The notes beneath the pieces are model-generated. The model saw nothing but the letters and a program-made list of their open reading frames with translations. It did not search any database and was not told the origin of the DNA. A stretch of 64,000 nt of DNA, taken from positions 32,001 through 96,000 of the forward strand of contig CAWHEP010000008.1 of the NCBI GenBank assembly GCA_963828525.1, given 5' to 3'. Within the stretch, counting starts at the first letter, position 1; the number at the start of each line of letters is the position of its first letter. The position numbers were made by a program, and so were the translations under genes. Origin of the DNA: an uncultured Verrucomicrobiae bacterium. Its GTDB lineage: Bacteria; Verrucomicrobiota; Verrucomicrobiia; Chthoniobacterales; Chthoniobacteraceae. Below are positions 1 to 8,700 of this stretch, in pieces.

Positions 1-247
1 GGAAGTCGGGCACATAGCTTAGCGCCGACTTCGCTTCCCTGGGGGCGGTTTCAAGATCATAACCACATACGCTGCATCGTCCGCCTGTGGGGCGAAGCAG
101 GCCGGTGAGCATTTTGATGGTGGTCGTTTTTCCCGCGGCGTTAGGGCCCAGAAACGCGAAGAATTCGCCTTGTGGAACCTCCAGGCTGAGGCTTTCGACC
201 GCGATCAACTGGCCAAATTCTTTTCGAAGGTTTGTTGTCTGGATCAT
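1..247 (-). CDS. ABC transporter ATP-binding protein (N-terminal part, runs off window)
   Basis: Not in the ORF track. Manual translation from ATG at 247 gives MIQTTNLRKEFGQLIAVESLSLEVPQGEFFAFLGPNAAGKTTTIKMLTGLLRPTGG, with Walker A GPNAAGKT. ATGA overlap with the stop of the upstream gene. Confidence 0.9.
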   Translation of the reverse strand, partial: MIQTTNLRKEFGQLIAVESLSLEVPQGEFFAFLGPNAAGKTTTIKMLTGLLRPTGGRCSVCGYDLETAPREAKSALSYVPDF

Positions 248-984
248 GGGCTGATATCCTCCCCGGCCATAGTGCAGCCAAAGGTCGTCCGGACAAAGAG
301 AACCTGGCCAAGCTGGCTGACATATATATCGGCAATCGAGAGATCTCCCTGACGAAAAGAAACCACATAAGATTCTATCCTCTCATCGCGAACCCGCACG
401 GTGCCTCGACTCGCAGTGACCTCAGGCGGATGTGCGCCGCCGCTGACGCCGGTGAAACTCCTTTCATCCAGATCCAGAGATTTGAGTAGCGCGGACACTC
501 CAGAACGGTTCATGGCGAAGGAAGAGTCGGAGAGCCACCGATCTCCCTGCTTGATTTTATACTGCACGATCTGCTTCTGAGGAAAAATATCCAGAAACAG
601 CCGATTTGCGGATTCTCTGAAACTAATGATCCCTTTCACCCGGGTGAGATGGAAGGCGGGATCGGTATCAAGCGAGCCTTCCCAAGCTACTCGCTGGCGG
701 GGCAGAAACGGCAGGGTTAAGGCGGCGTTACCCGAAAACTGCAGGGAATGCGCGCCCGGCGTAGAGGTTGCTTTTGGACGAAGCAGCAAGTTGCCGACCT
801 GTTGATGATTCGTGGTGACCGCAAGCTCGGATACCTGCCCACCGATAAAGAGCATCTTGACGACATGCGCGAGCGGAACGTTGAGGAGACCGGATTTCTC
901 GGGATCGAACTCGCTTCGAATCAAGAGGAAAGTCATCACCGCCCAGAAAATAACAATGCCGGCGAGGAAAGAGCGATAAAGCAT
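244..984 (-). CDS. Hypothetical membrane-anchored protein
   Basis: 246 aa ORF with one N-terminal hydrophobic helix (SFLAGIVIFWAVMTFLLI). Translationally coupled to the ABC ATPase. Confidence 0.7.
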   Translation of the reverse strand: MLYRSFLAGIVIFWAVMTFLLIRSEFDPEKSGLLNVPLAHVVKMLFIGGQVSELAVTTNHQQVGNLLLRPKATSTPGAHSLQFSGNAALTLPFLPRQRVAWEGSLDTDPAFHLTRVKGIISFRESANRLFLDIFPQKQIVQYKIKQGDRWLSDSSFAMNRSGVSALLKSLDLDERSFTGVSGGAHPPEVTASRGTVRVRDERIESYVVSFRQGDLSIADIYVSQLGQVLFVRTTFGCTMAGEDISP

Positions 985-1011
985 GCCAGCGTGAGCTTTG
1001 CTTGCGAGGCT

Positions 1012-1845
1012 TCAGCTCTTCTCAATCAACGCGTAAGCATTGTGATTATGTATGGACTCGAAGTTCTCGGCTTCGACGCGGTACCACGTAATATTTTTCT
1101 CGGCGTTGGCGCGGGCGGCGATATTTCGGACGAGATCTTCCACGAAGACTGGATTGCGATATGCCCGTTCGGTGACCTCCTTCTCGTCGGGGCGCTTCAA
1201 CAGGCTGTAGAGTTCGGAGCTTGCGCAGCTCTCAACGAGGCAAATAAGGTCCTCGATCCAAATCGGCTTTTTAAAGCGGACAGCAAACGTGACCTGCCCC
1301 CGCTGGTTGTGGGCGCCGCTGTCGCTGATCGCCTTTGAACATGGACAGAGGGTGGTAACGCCGACGACTACGGTCAAAACAAAATCAAAGCCCTTCGCGT
1401 CCAGAGTAGCCTCAAAACGCGCGAGATAATCCATCATCCCGACCGCCCCAGTGACAGGCGCTTTTTTTTCGAGAAAAAATGGGAACTCGAAGTGCGCGTG
1501 AGCTGTCTCGGAGTTCAGCTTTTTCAGAAGATTCAGGAGAATGTCACGAATGCTGTCCACGTGAAGGGCACGTCCTCTCGCATTCAAGACCTCAACGAAG
1601 CGACTCATGTGCGTGCCCTTGTAATGATGCGGCAGGTCCACGGTGAGCGAGACATTTGCAATAGTGCTCTGCACCGAATGAGCCTTGTCGCGAATTTGCA
1701 TGGGATAGCGCAGATTTTTCACGCCTACGCGATCTATGGCGATGCGCCTATGGTCCCGTTCGCTCTGGGTGTCGCGCAGCTCCACAAGCGGTGAAACAAT
1801 CAGGTCAGGAGTGGGAGATGTCGCGACGCGACGCCGGTCAAGCAT
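1012..1845 (-). CDS. folE2: GTP cyclohydrolase IB (FolE2)
   Basis: Motifs [45 protein letters not shown]. Exact start uncertain. Confidence 0.95.
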   Translation of the reverse strand: MLDRRRVATSPTPDLIVSPLVELRDTQSERDHRRIAIDRVGVKNLRYPMQIRDKAHSVQSTIANVSLTVDLPHHYKGTHMSRFVEVLNARGRALHVDSIRDILLNLLKKLNSETAHAHFEFPFFLEKKAPVTGAVGMMDYLARFEATLDAKGFDFVLTVVVGVTTLCPCSKAISDSGAHNQRGQVTFAVRFKKPIWIEDLICLVESCASSELYSLLKRPDEKEVTERAYRNPVFVEDLVRNIAARANAEKNITWYRVEAENFESIHNHNAYALIEKS

Positions 1846-1961
1846 ATGGCCAGACTAAGGGAGAATCGGCACAGATGCACGTTGGTTTACCTGGAGGTTC
1901 TTTCCTCGATTCATGGAGTGATATTGACACGAAGTCTTGCGGAGGTTCCATTGCCGTCGCC

Positions 1962-2756
1962 ATGCGCGCCTATCACGATCTACTCCGACTCGTCCTTGAG
2001 AAAGGGACGTTCAAGGAGGATCGCACAGGCGTTGGGACGTATTCCTGGTTTGGAGCACAGGCGCGGTTTGATCTCTCAGAGGGGTTTCCCCTTTGCACGA
2101 CAAAAAAAGTGCATTTGAAATCCATTATCCATGAGCTGCTCTGGTTTCTGCGGGGCGACACAAACACCCGATACCTGAGGGACAACGGTGTAACGATCTG
2201 GGATGAGTGGGCGGACGCGGATGGAGATCTTGGCCGTGTGTATGGCGCGCAATGGCGGGACTGGAAAACAGAGAACGGCGGCTCGATCGATCAGATTGCC
2301 TGGGTGATCAGTGAAATCAAACGCAACCCAAATAGCAGGCGCTTGATAGTCACCGCGTGGAATCCCGGGGAGATTTCCCTGATGGCGCTGCCGCCCTGCC
2401 ACCTGCTGTTCCAGTTTTTCGTCTTGAATGGCGCTCTAAGCTGCCAGCTTTACCAGCGCAGCGCGGATCTGTTCCTTGGAGTGCCATTTAACATCGCGTC
2501 TTACGCGTTGCTTACGATGATGTTTGCCCAGGTATGCGGGTTAGAGCCTGGGACGTTTGTGCATAGCTTCGGCGATCTGCATCTCTACCAAAATCACATT
2601 ACGCAAGCGCGCGAGCAGCTCTCTCGCGAGCCCCGCGCGTTACCCACCCTGAAACTAAATCCCGCGATAACGAACATCGAGGATTTCACATACGGGGACT
2701 TCACTCTGACAGGATATGATCCGCACCCCGCGATCAAAGCGCCGATCGCGGTATGA
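1962..2756 (+). CDS. thyA: Thymidylate synthase
   Basis: [41 protein letters not shown]-terminal APIAV. Start trimmed to MRAYHDLL at 1962. Confidence 0.97.
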   Translation: MRAYHDLLRLVLEKGTFKEDRTGVGTYSWFGAQARFDLSEGFPLCTTKKVHLKSIIHELLWFLRGDTNTRYLRDNGVTIWDEWADADGDLGRVYGAQWRDWKTENGGSIDQIAWVISEIKRNPNSRRLIVTAWNPGEISLMALPPCHLLFQFFVLNGALSCQLYQRSADLFLGVPFNIASYALLTMMFAQVCGLEPGTFVHSFGDLHLYQNHITQAREQLSREPRALPTLKLNPAITNIEDFTYGDFTLTGYDPHPAIKAPIAV

Positions 2757-3268
2757 TGCCCTTAAAGGCCATTGCCGCGATGTCCGCCAACCGGGTGATC
2801 GGCCGCGCGGGCAAAATCCCCTGGCATATTCCAGAGGACTTTAAATGGTTCAAAAAGATGACTTTGGGTCATGCGGTCTTGATGGGCCGGAAGACATTTG
2901 ACTCCATTGGGAAGCCGCTGCGGGATCGGCTGAATATCGTGCTGAGCCACGGAGGAAATGCCATTCCAGGAGTGACAACTCTGGCCAGTATTGATGACCT
3001 GAGTTCACTCGACTACACGGGAGAGATTTTCGTGATCGGCGGCGGACAAATTTACTCAGCCACGCTCCCCATGTGCTCGGATCTATACCTCAGCGTCGTA
3101 AAGGTAGAAGCAGAGGGTGATGTGTTATTTCCAGCATTCGAGGACGAATTTGAGTTCAAAGCCGTTTTGCTCAGGCACCCTGAGTTTGAGGTGCGGCATT
3201 ATACGCGGGTAGATACCGCGACGGCGGGAACCACTGATACAGCATCATGTAAACAAGCACCCCGGTGA
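2753..3268 (+). CDS. folA: Dihydrofolate reductase
   Basis: [36 protein letters not shown]-coupled to thyA. Confidence 0.95.
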   Translation: MMPLKAIAAMSANRVIGRAGKIPWHIPEDFKWFKKMTLGHAVLMGRKTFDSIGKPLRDRLNIVLSHGGNAIPGVTTLASIDDLSSLDYTGEIFVIGGGQIYSATLPMCSDLYLSVVKVEAEGDVLFPAFEDEFEFKAVLLRHPEFEVRHYTRVDTATAGTTDTASCKQAPR

Positions 3269-3641
3269 CGGAGACATAGAGCCAAATCGGGAGCGTCCAA
3301 CGGGCGATGCGCGCGTGTTTGTCGAAGCGGGCCTTAAGGGCGGGTATCAACGTCAGGATCACAAGGGGAACTGTCGTGAACGCCAGCAGGACATGGGAGG
3401 TGAGCATGCTGATGTAGAAGGCATGAATCCATCCTGGAGCAGTGAAGCGGGTGACTCCGGCATGGAGATGGTAATAGACATAACAGGCAAGAAATACGGT
3501 AGAAGTGGAAACGGCACAAATCATCGAGATGATATGCTGCTTCTTTCGACCCGTTTTGATGAAAAACCATCCGGCGCTGATGAATACGGTGCTCAGGGCG
3601 TTCAGGCTGGCGTTAACGGCTGGAAGATCGTGGATCGTCAC
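3171..3641 (-). CDS. DUF420 family membrane protein
   Basis: [44 protein letters not shown] start inferred at 3641. Typical last gene of oxidase clusters. Confidence 0.88.
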   Translation of the reverse strand: MTIHDLPAVNASLNALSTVFISAGWFFIKTGRKKQHIISMICAVSTSTVFLACYVYYHLHAGVTRFTAPGWIHAFYISMLTSHVLLAFTTVPLVILTLIPALKARFDKHARIARWTLPIWLYVSVTGVLVYMMLYQWFPPSRYLPAYNAAPQTQGA

Positions 3642-3645
3642 AGGC

Positions 3646-4287
3646 TTACTCGCGCAGCAAGGCGCGTATGTCTGCCAGGATGATGTCTGATTGATCGGGG
3701 GCCACACCGTCATAGTAGGCGCGAACGGCGCCGAATTTGTCCACCAGCGCAAGCTTGGTGCTATGCACGATAGGTTGCTCTCCGATCCCGGGTTGATCGG
3801 ACACGGCAAGGGTAAAGCCGTCGCGGACAACATGGTAGATCACATCTTTTGGGCCTGTCAGAAAGCTCCACTTGCCGGGCGAAGCTCCAAATTTTTTAGC
3901 GTAGGCTTTCAGAACCGGCGATGTATCCGCCGCCGGATCCATGCTAAAGGAAACGAAGCGAACATCCGCATACTTGAAAGCTTCCTCCTGAAGTTGACTG
4001 ACACGCCGGGTCACCATTGGGCACGGGCCAGGGCAGGTGGTGTAGATGAAGTCGGCGAGCCACACCTTCCCTTTCAAGTCTTCCAGCGCGAAGGAGCGTC
4101 CTTCCTGATCCAGCAAATGAAAATCCGGAACAGCTCTAAAATGCCGGAGGGAGCGTTCGGGAAAGGCAACCTGAAAATATGTGGCCAGCGCTACCGTGGC
4201 AACCACCGCAGACCCAAACAAGTAGAAGAGTATCGGTGGACGCTTCTCCCGACGTACGGCTGACCCAAGTATCGCTAGCGAGCTCAA
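3646..4287 (-). CDS. SCO/SenC copper chaperone
   Basis: FIYTTCPGPCP (CxxxC), downstream His in IVHS, N-terminal TM. TTG start at 4287 inferred from overlap with the ctaB stop. Confidence 0.92.
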   Translation of the reverse strand: MSSLAILGSAVRREKRPPILFYLFGSAVVATVALATYFQVAFPERSLRHFRAVPDFHLLDQEGRSFALEDLKGKVWLADFIYTTCPGPCPMVTRRVSQLQEEAFKYADVRFVSFSMDPAADTSPVLKAYAKKFGASPGKWSFLTGPKDVIYHVVRDGFTLAVSDQPGIGEQPIVHSTKLALVDKFGAVRAYYDGVAPDQSDIILADIRALLRE

Positions 4288-5219
4288 GCTTTGGTGAAGA
4301 CCATAAGCCCCAACAGAATTGGCAGATAAAAGATGGTGGCGAAGAATAAACGACGGGCGCTGGCGCGGGTTCGCTGGAAGAGAAACTGAGCCGAAAAACC
4401 GAGGAGGAGCGCTCCCAAAACGATGGCGCCCACAAAGTAAAGGACTGTCGCGGTGGACATCGCCACGGGGATCAAGGTGACCAAAATCAGGCCAAGCGTG
4501 AAAAGGAGGCCTTCGGTGGCAGTCTTGACCCCGCAAATGTCGTTTCGGCGCAACATTACGAATCCGGCTTGGGCATATTCGTCCCGATACATCCACGCAA
4601 TGGAGAGGAAGTGCGGTATCTGCCAAAGAAACAAAACGCCAAATAGAATCCATGACCCGGCGCCAAAGGAGGAGCGCGCGGCAGTCCACCCTATAAGGGG
4701 TGGGATGGCGCCCGAAACGGCGCCGACTATTACACAAAAAGAAGTTTTCCGCTTCAAGGGTGTGTAGAGCGCTAGATAGATAAAGATGGTGGCGGCAGCC
4801 AGGTAGGCCGAGAGCAGGTTCACGGCCAATGCCAGGTAGAGAAAGCCAGCCACCGCCATGAGGGTCCCCATCAGGAGGGCGGATGACCCGGTCACACGGC
4901 CAGATGGCAGCGGGCGATCTTTAGTGCGCTCCATCAGGCGGTCGACCTTCGTCTCCATCAACTGATTCAGAACGGCGGCGCTTGCCGCCACGAGCGCTGT
5001 TCCAATAAGCGTATGCAAAAGTATCAGCCAATCGATTCCTTGATGGGATGCCATGCAAAAGCCGACAAAGGTCGTGATGAGCACAAGAGAGCTGAGTCTG
5101 GCCTTCGTAAGAACCGCAATATCATCCATGAACCTCGGGGCGATCTCCTCAGGGAGAATTGTCGCCGCGCCCCCAACTTCCAAGGCTGGAGAAATAACCT
5201 CCGGGAGGGAGCGATTCAC
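4284..5219 (-). CDS. ctaB: Protoheme IX farnesyltransferase (heme O synthase)
   Basis: DRLMERTKDRPLPSG, YTPLKR, GAIPPLIGW, LWQIPHF. Confidence 0.95.
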   Translation of the reverse strand: MNRSLPEVISPALEVGGAATILPEEIAPRFMDDIAVLTKARLSSLVLITTFVGFCMASHQGIDWLILLHTLIGTALVAASAAVLNQLMETKVDRLMERTKDRPLPSGRVTGSSALLMGTLMAVAGFLYLALAVNLLSAYLAAATIFIYLALYTPLKRKTSFCVIVGAVSGAIPPLIGWTAARSSFGAGSWILFGVLFLWQIPHFLSIAWMYRDEYAQAGFVMLRRNDICGVKTATEGLLFTLGLILVTLIPVAMSTATVLYFVGAIVLGALLLGFSAQFLFQRTRASARRLFFATIFYLPILLGLMVFTKA

Positions 5220-6184
5220 GCTGCCACCTCCGACAATTCGGGAAGGATGCAGCCATTCACGCGAAAGGCCCCTGAGGTGAGCCGCCCCGCGCGAAGCGCC
5301 AGGAACAAACTGCTGCCAAGAACAGCAGCTCCATTCACAACGTGAAGTGTGGTCGGCAACGGGGCTTTTCGCAGCCAGATGATATGCGCTCCGAGGGCGA
5401 CCTGGAGAATGACCAGCGATCCGATGGCAAGAGCAGGGATTATCAGTCGCTTGTCATTCCGCGCATTCCAGAAAACCACCGCAATGAGCATGATCGCCAC
5501 GCATATCACCACCACAGCGCCAAGTCGATGGGCGAAGTGAATGGCAATCGGCGTCGAAGGAAGAGGCGGAATGATTTTGCCGAAGGCCAGAGGAAAATCG
5601 GGAATCGCCAAGCCAGCCTTCATGTGGCGAACGACCGCGCCAATAATCAACTGACAGTAAACCACGGCCACCATTACCCACGACATTTTCCGGATGAGAG
5701 GGAGGTTGTGAGCGAAGCACACCCAATCACTTTTCCGCCATCCGGGAGCGAGAACAACAGCCAGCGAGAGAACCACACAGAAGAAAGCCTGTCCGACGCA
5801 CGCATGCGCCATGGCAAGCACAGAGGATAGCTGAGTCACCCGCAGCCCCCCAAGCAGACCCTGAAGACAGACACCAATGAACGCGCAGAGAGCAAGAGTC
5901 TTCACGGACCGACGGTCATCTTTGAGAAACACCATGACAGTCAGCACAGAGGTGAGGATGCCAACGGCAGCCGCGAAAAGCCGATGGCCATGTTCCAAAC
6001 GAACCAAGTCCATATGCCACCAGCCTGGCGGGTTGATACTTCCAAAGCTAAGCGGCCAATCGGGAACCGAAAGACCGGCATCTCTGCTGGTGACCATACC
6101 GCCCACAAAAATGAGGCAAAATGTTGCAAGCGCAGTTGCTTGCGCGAGGCGATAAAGCCCGAAGTTGGATTTCGTCTCTTCCAA
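5216..6184 (-). CDS. ctaA: Heme A synthase (CtaA/COX15)
   Basis: GGMVTSRDAGLSVPDWP, EHGHR, QGLLGGLRV, HFAHR, TTLHV. Start approximate. Confidence 0.92.
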   Translation of the reverse strand: MEETKSNFGLYRLAQATALATFCLIFVGGMVTSRDAGLSVPDWPLSFGSINPPGWWHMDLVRLEHGHRLFAAAVGILTSVLTVMVFLKDDRRSVKTLALCAFIGVCLQGLLGGLRVTQLSSVLAMAHACVGQAFFCVVLSLAVVLAPGWRKSDWVCFAHNLPLIRKMSWVMVAVVYCQLIIGAVVRHMKAGLAIPDFPLAFGKIIPPLPSTPIAIHFAHRLGAVVVICVAIMLIAVVFWNARNDKRLIIPALAIGSLVILQVALGAHIIWLRKAPLPTTLHVVNGAAVLGSSLFLALRAGRLTSGAFRVNGCILPELSEVAA

Positions 6185-6245
6185 AGCGAGTAAGAGGTTG
6201 CTTCGATCTCCGCCCCGGCCAGTCACCAGAGCAGAAAGCGAATCT

Positions 6246-7139
6246 CTATTTTTTGGAACCCTCTGGAGTCTGCTGCCCCGGAGTGCCCGAAACGGTGGCA
6301 GGATTCTCGACTGAAAAAGAACCGGTTTTGGAAGGTATCGGCACAGAAGCCGACCCCGCGCCAGCGGCAGGAGTCGCGGGCGGGCCAGGCGGCTGCCCGG
6401 GCGTGGAAGGCGCATTCTCCTTTTGCCAATCAGCATATTGTTGGGGAGTGTCCACATACATCAAAGCCCGCATTCCATAGTGACCCAAGCCGCAAAGCTG
6501 GCCGCAGATAATCTCATATTGACCGGCCTTCTTCGGCGTGAACCAGATTGGCGTTATCGTTCCTGGGATTGCGTCCTGTCCCATATACATCGCCTGGAGA
6601 GACAAACTGTGAATGACGTCCTTGGAACCAATCTCCAGGATGACCGGCTTATCCACCAGCAAGTGGAGTTCGCTGCGCGCCACAATATCATCTTTGGCAG
6701 CCGGGTCCGTCGCGTCCAAGCCAATATCGTTTGCCGAACTGATGAGGCTCAGATCTTGTTTGCCGAAGACGTTGTCAGGGCCGGGGTAATGGAAAATCCA
6801 GGCAAACTGCTGGCCGGTAACACGAACTATATTCGCGTCTTTCGGATTCGGGAATTGTGTCACCCGTTTGGCCCAGAGAGGAAGAGCAAAGCCCAGAAGG
6901 ATAACGGCTTCAATAATCACGACCATAAACTCGATATGGGTCGAAGCATGAGTCCGTATCCCATGGTAGTCAGCCTTGGGATGCCGAGACTTGTGGAACT
7001 TGAAGAGAGTAAAAAAGAAAAAAGTCGACCAGCCCACAAAGAGCGCCAGCATGAACCAATGGCACACCTCCAGCATGTGATCGATCAAGAACCCGTGCTC
7101 CGAGGCGCTCTCAGGAAGTCCCAGGAGACGGTTAAGCAT
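6246..7139 (-). CDS. coxB: Cytochrome c oxidase subunit II (CuA, no fused cytochrome c)
   Basis: Two TM helices, GQQFAW, DVIHS and CGQLCGLGHYGM CuA motif. Pro/Ala-rich tail with no CxxCH. Confidence 0.95.
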   Translation of the reverse strand: MLNRLLGLPESASEHGFLIDHMLEVCHWFMLALFVGWSTFFFFTLFKFHKSRHPKADYHGIRTHASTHIEFMVVIIEAVILLGFALPLWAKRVTQFPNPKDANIVRVTGQQFAWIFHYPGPDNVFGKQDLSLISSANDIGLDATDPAAKDDIVARSELHLLVDKPVILEIGSKDVIHSLSLQAMYMGQDAIPGTITPIWFTPKKAGQYEIICGQLCGLGHYGMRALMYVDTPQQYADWQKENAPSTPGQPPGPPATPAAGAGSASVPIPSKTGSFSVENPATVSGTPGQQTPEGSKK

Positions 7140-7422
7140 GCTGTCTCCCCTCCTCCATGACCTGGTCGTAGACGAATCGCGACAACTCTTCATGGGGTTG
7201 AAGGGGCGCCTTCGCGCGCCGAGCGATGCTGATGAAGAAAGTCACAATCAATCCGAGCATCGTGCCGATAAATCCCAGCATGGCGAAGATCGCCCCGTTG
7301 CTTGCGTCGTTGACAGCCGAGCCAGGAGCGCCCATGCAGACCGCGCAAGCCAAAGTGCTGGCGGGAGAACAGAGAACCCCGATCGTCGACGCAGCGATGA
7401 ATGCTGAAGTTCGATTTTTCAT
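7132..7422 (-). CDS. Small exported/membrane protein with CxxC (ACAVCMG)
   Basis: Signal-like N-terminus, CAVC, one TM. Overlaps both neighbours in the operon. Confidence 0.75.
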   Translation of the reverse strand: MKNRTSAFIAASTIGVLCSPASTLACAVCMGAPGSAVNDASNGAIFAMLGFIGTMLGLIVTFFISIARRAKAPLQPHEELSRFVYDQVMEEGRQHA

Positions 7423-7622
7423 AGGATTAATTTACTGGTCTTTTTGAGAAACCAAGCGCCGTAGGTGAGCAAAGCGACACCAATTACGAAAGCAAACACT
7501 GAGATCACAAGATTGATTACGCTCCTGTCTCCAGAGTAGTTCTGGAATTCCATGGCAGCCGTTCCCCACGAAAGGACAACAGACAAGGTGATGAAGAAGA
7601 TATGGAAATACTTGAGGGACAT
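7419..7622 (-). CDS. Small two-TM membrane protein
   Basis: MSLKYFHIFFITLSVVLSWG...YGAWFLKK. ATG at 7622 overlaps the subunit IV stop. Confidence 0.7.
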   Translation of the reverse strand: MSLKYFHIFFITLSVVLSWGTAAMEFQNYSGDRSVINLVISVFAFVIGVALLTYGAWFLKKTSKLIL

Positions 7623-7927
7623 TATCTGTGGATGTGATCGCTGTAAGCGAGGCTCGTAAGGGCGAAAAGACCCGTAACGAAGAAGACAGTAACAATCAGG
7701 AAACGGTATATTGTCCATTTCTCGGCAGAAAGGTGCATGAAGAACGCGGCAACCAGCGTTGCCTTGATGGTGGCAATCACGAGCGCCACGATGATGTTCC
7801 CGGCATTGGAGCCGAACTGAATATAAGACGCGGCGACCGTTACACACGTCAGAACAAGGAGCGCCCCGAAGATGAGCAGATACTTCTTAATGTCTTTGGA
7901 GACGTCGTGCGAATGTTCAGAATCCAT
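7622..7927 (-). CDS. Cytochrome c oxidase subunit IV (prokaryotic COX4 family)
   Basis: YLLIFGALLVLT, IATIKATLVAAFFMHL. Confidence 0.88.
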   Translation of the reverse strand: MDSEHSHDVSKDIKKYLLIFGALLVLTCVTVAASYIQFGSNAGNIIVALVIATIKATLVAAFFMHLSAEKWTIYRFLIVTVFFVTGLFALTSLAYSDHIHR

Positions 7928-7929
7928 GG

Positions 7930-8697
7930 CTAGAGAAGATATAATACGGGAAACAGGAATATCCAAACCAAGTCCACAAAGTGCCAGAACAACCCTGACA
8001 CTTCGACCCGGTTGGCAAGGTGCTCGGGATTGGTCCGGTACATTTTCCCACCGAATGCCCAGAAGTATGTGTTAACAGTCATGCCGCCAATCACGTGAAG
8101 CGCATGCAAACCCGTGAGCGTGAAATAGATCGCGAAGTAAGGGCTGTACTTTGGAGTGAAGTTCGACCAGCGACGAATCTCGGTTTTCTTAATTGTCATC
8201 GGCTCTCCATGCTCGTGTGAAGGCCAGAAGTGCCGTCCCTCGCGCTGGATATCCGGCAGGATCGTGAGTGAATCACCAGTGGTCTCCCCCTCAAGGTGTC
8301 CAGTGATGATCTGCCCGGTTTTCAGGAAGATACCGTAGTGAATGAACTTCTCATGATACTCGTAGGATTTGATGCAGAGGAAGGCGACGCCACAGCAGAT
8401 GGTGATGCCCATATAAATCCTGAACTTGGCAAACTGCCGCATCTTAAGCGAAGCCCAAGCCATTACCATCGTCATGCTGGAACCGATCAGAACACCCGTA
8501 TTGAGCGTGCCCACCGGGACGTTTAAAAGCCCGTGTGGCCATACATTGCTGGCATCAGCGCCGATGCGCAGAAACACGTAGGCCGAGAAGAGACCCCCAA
8601 AGAGCATCACTTCCGAGGCCAGGAATAGCCAAATGCCGATCTTGGCATTCCATAATCCGGTGTCGGGCCTCGCTGTAACTGTATAAGGGATGTCCAT
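7930..8697 (-). CDS. coxC: Cytochrome c oxidase subunit III
   Basis: WLFLASEVMLFGGLF, LTGLHALHV, FWHFVDLVWIFLFPVLYL. Confidence 0.95.
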   Translation of the reverse strand: MDIPYTVTARPDTGLWNAKIGIWLFLASEVMLFGGLFSAYVFLRIGADASNVWPHGLLNVPVGTLNTGVLIGSSMTMVMAWASLKMRQFAKFRIYMGITICCGVAFLCIKSYEYHEKFIHYGIFLKTGQIITGHLEGETTGDSLTILPDIQREGRHFWPSHEHGEPMTIKKTEIRRWSNFTPKYSPYFAIYFTLTGLHALHVIGGMTVNTYFWAFGGKMYRTNPEHLANRVEVSGLFWHFVDLVWIFLFPVLYLL

Positions 8698-8700
8698 GTA

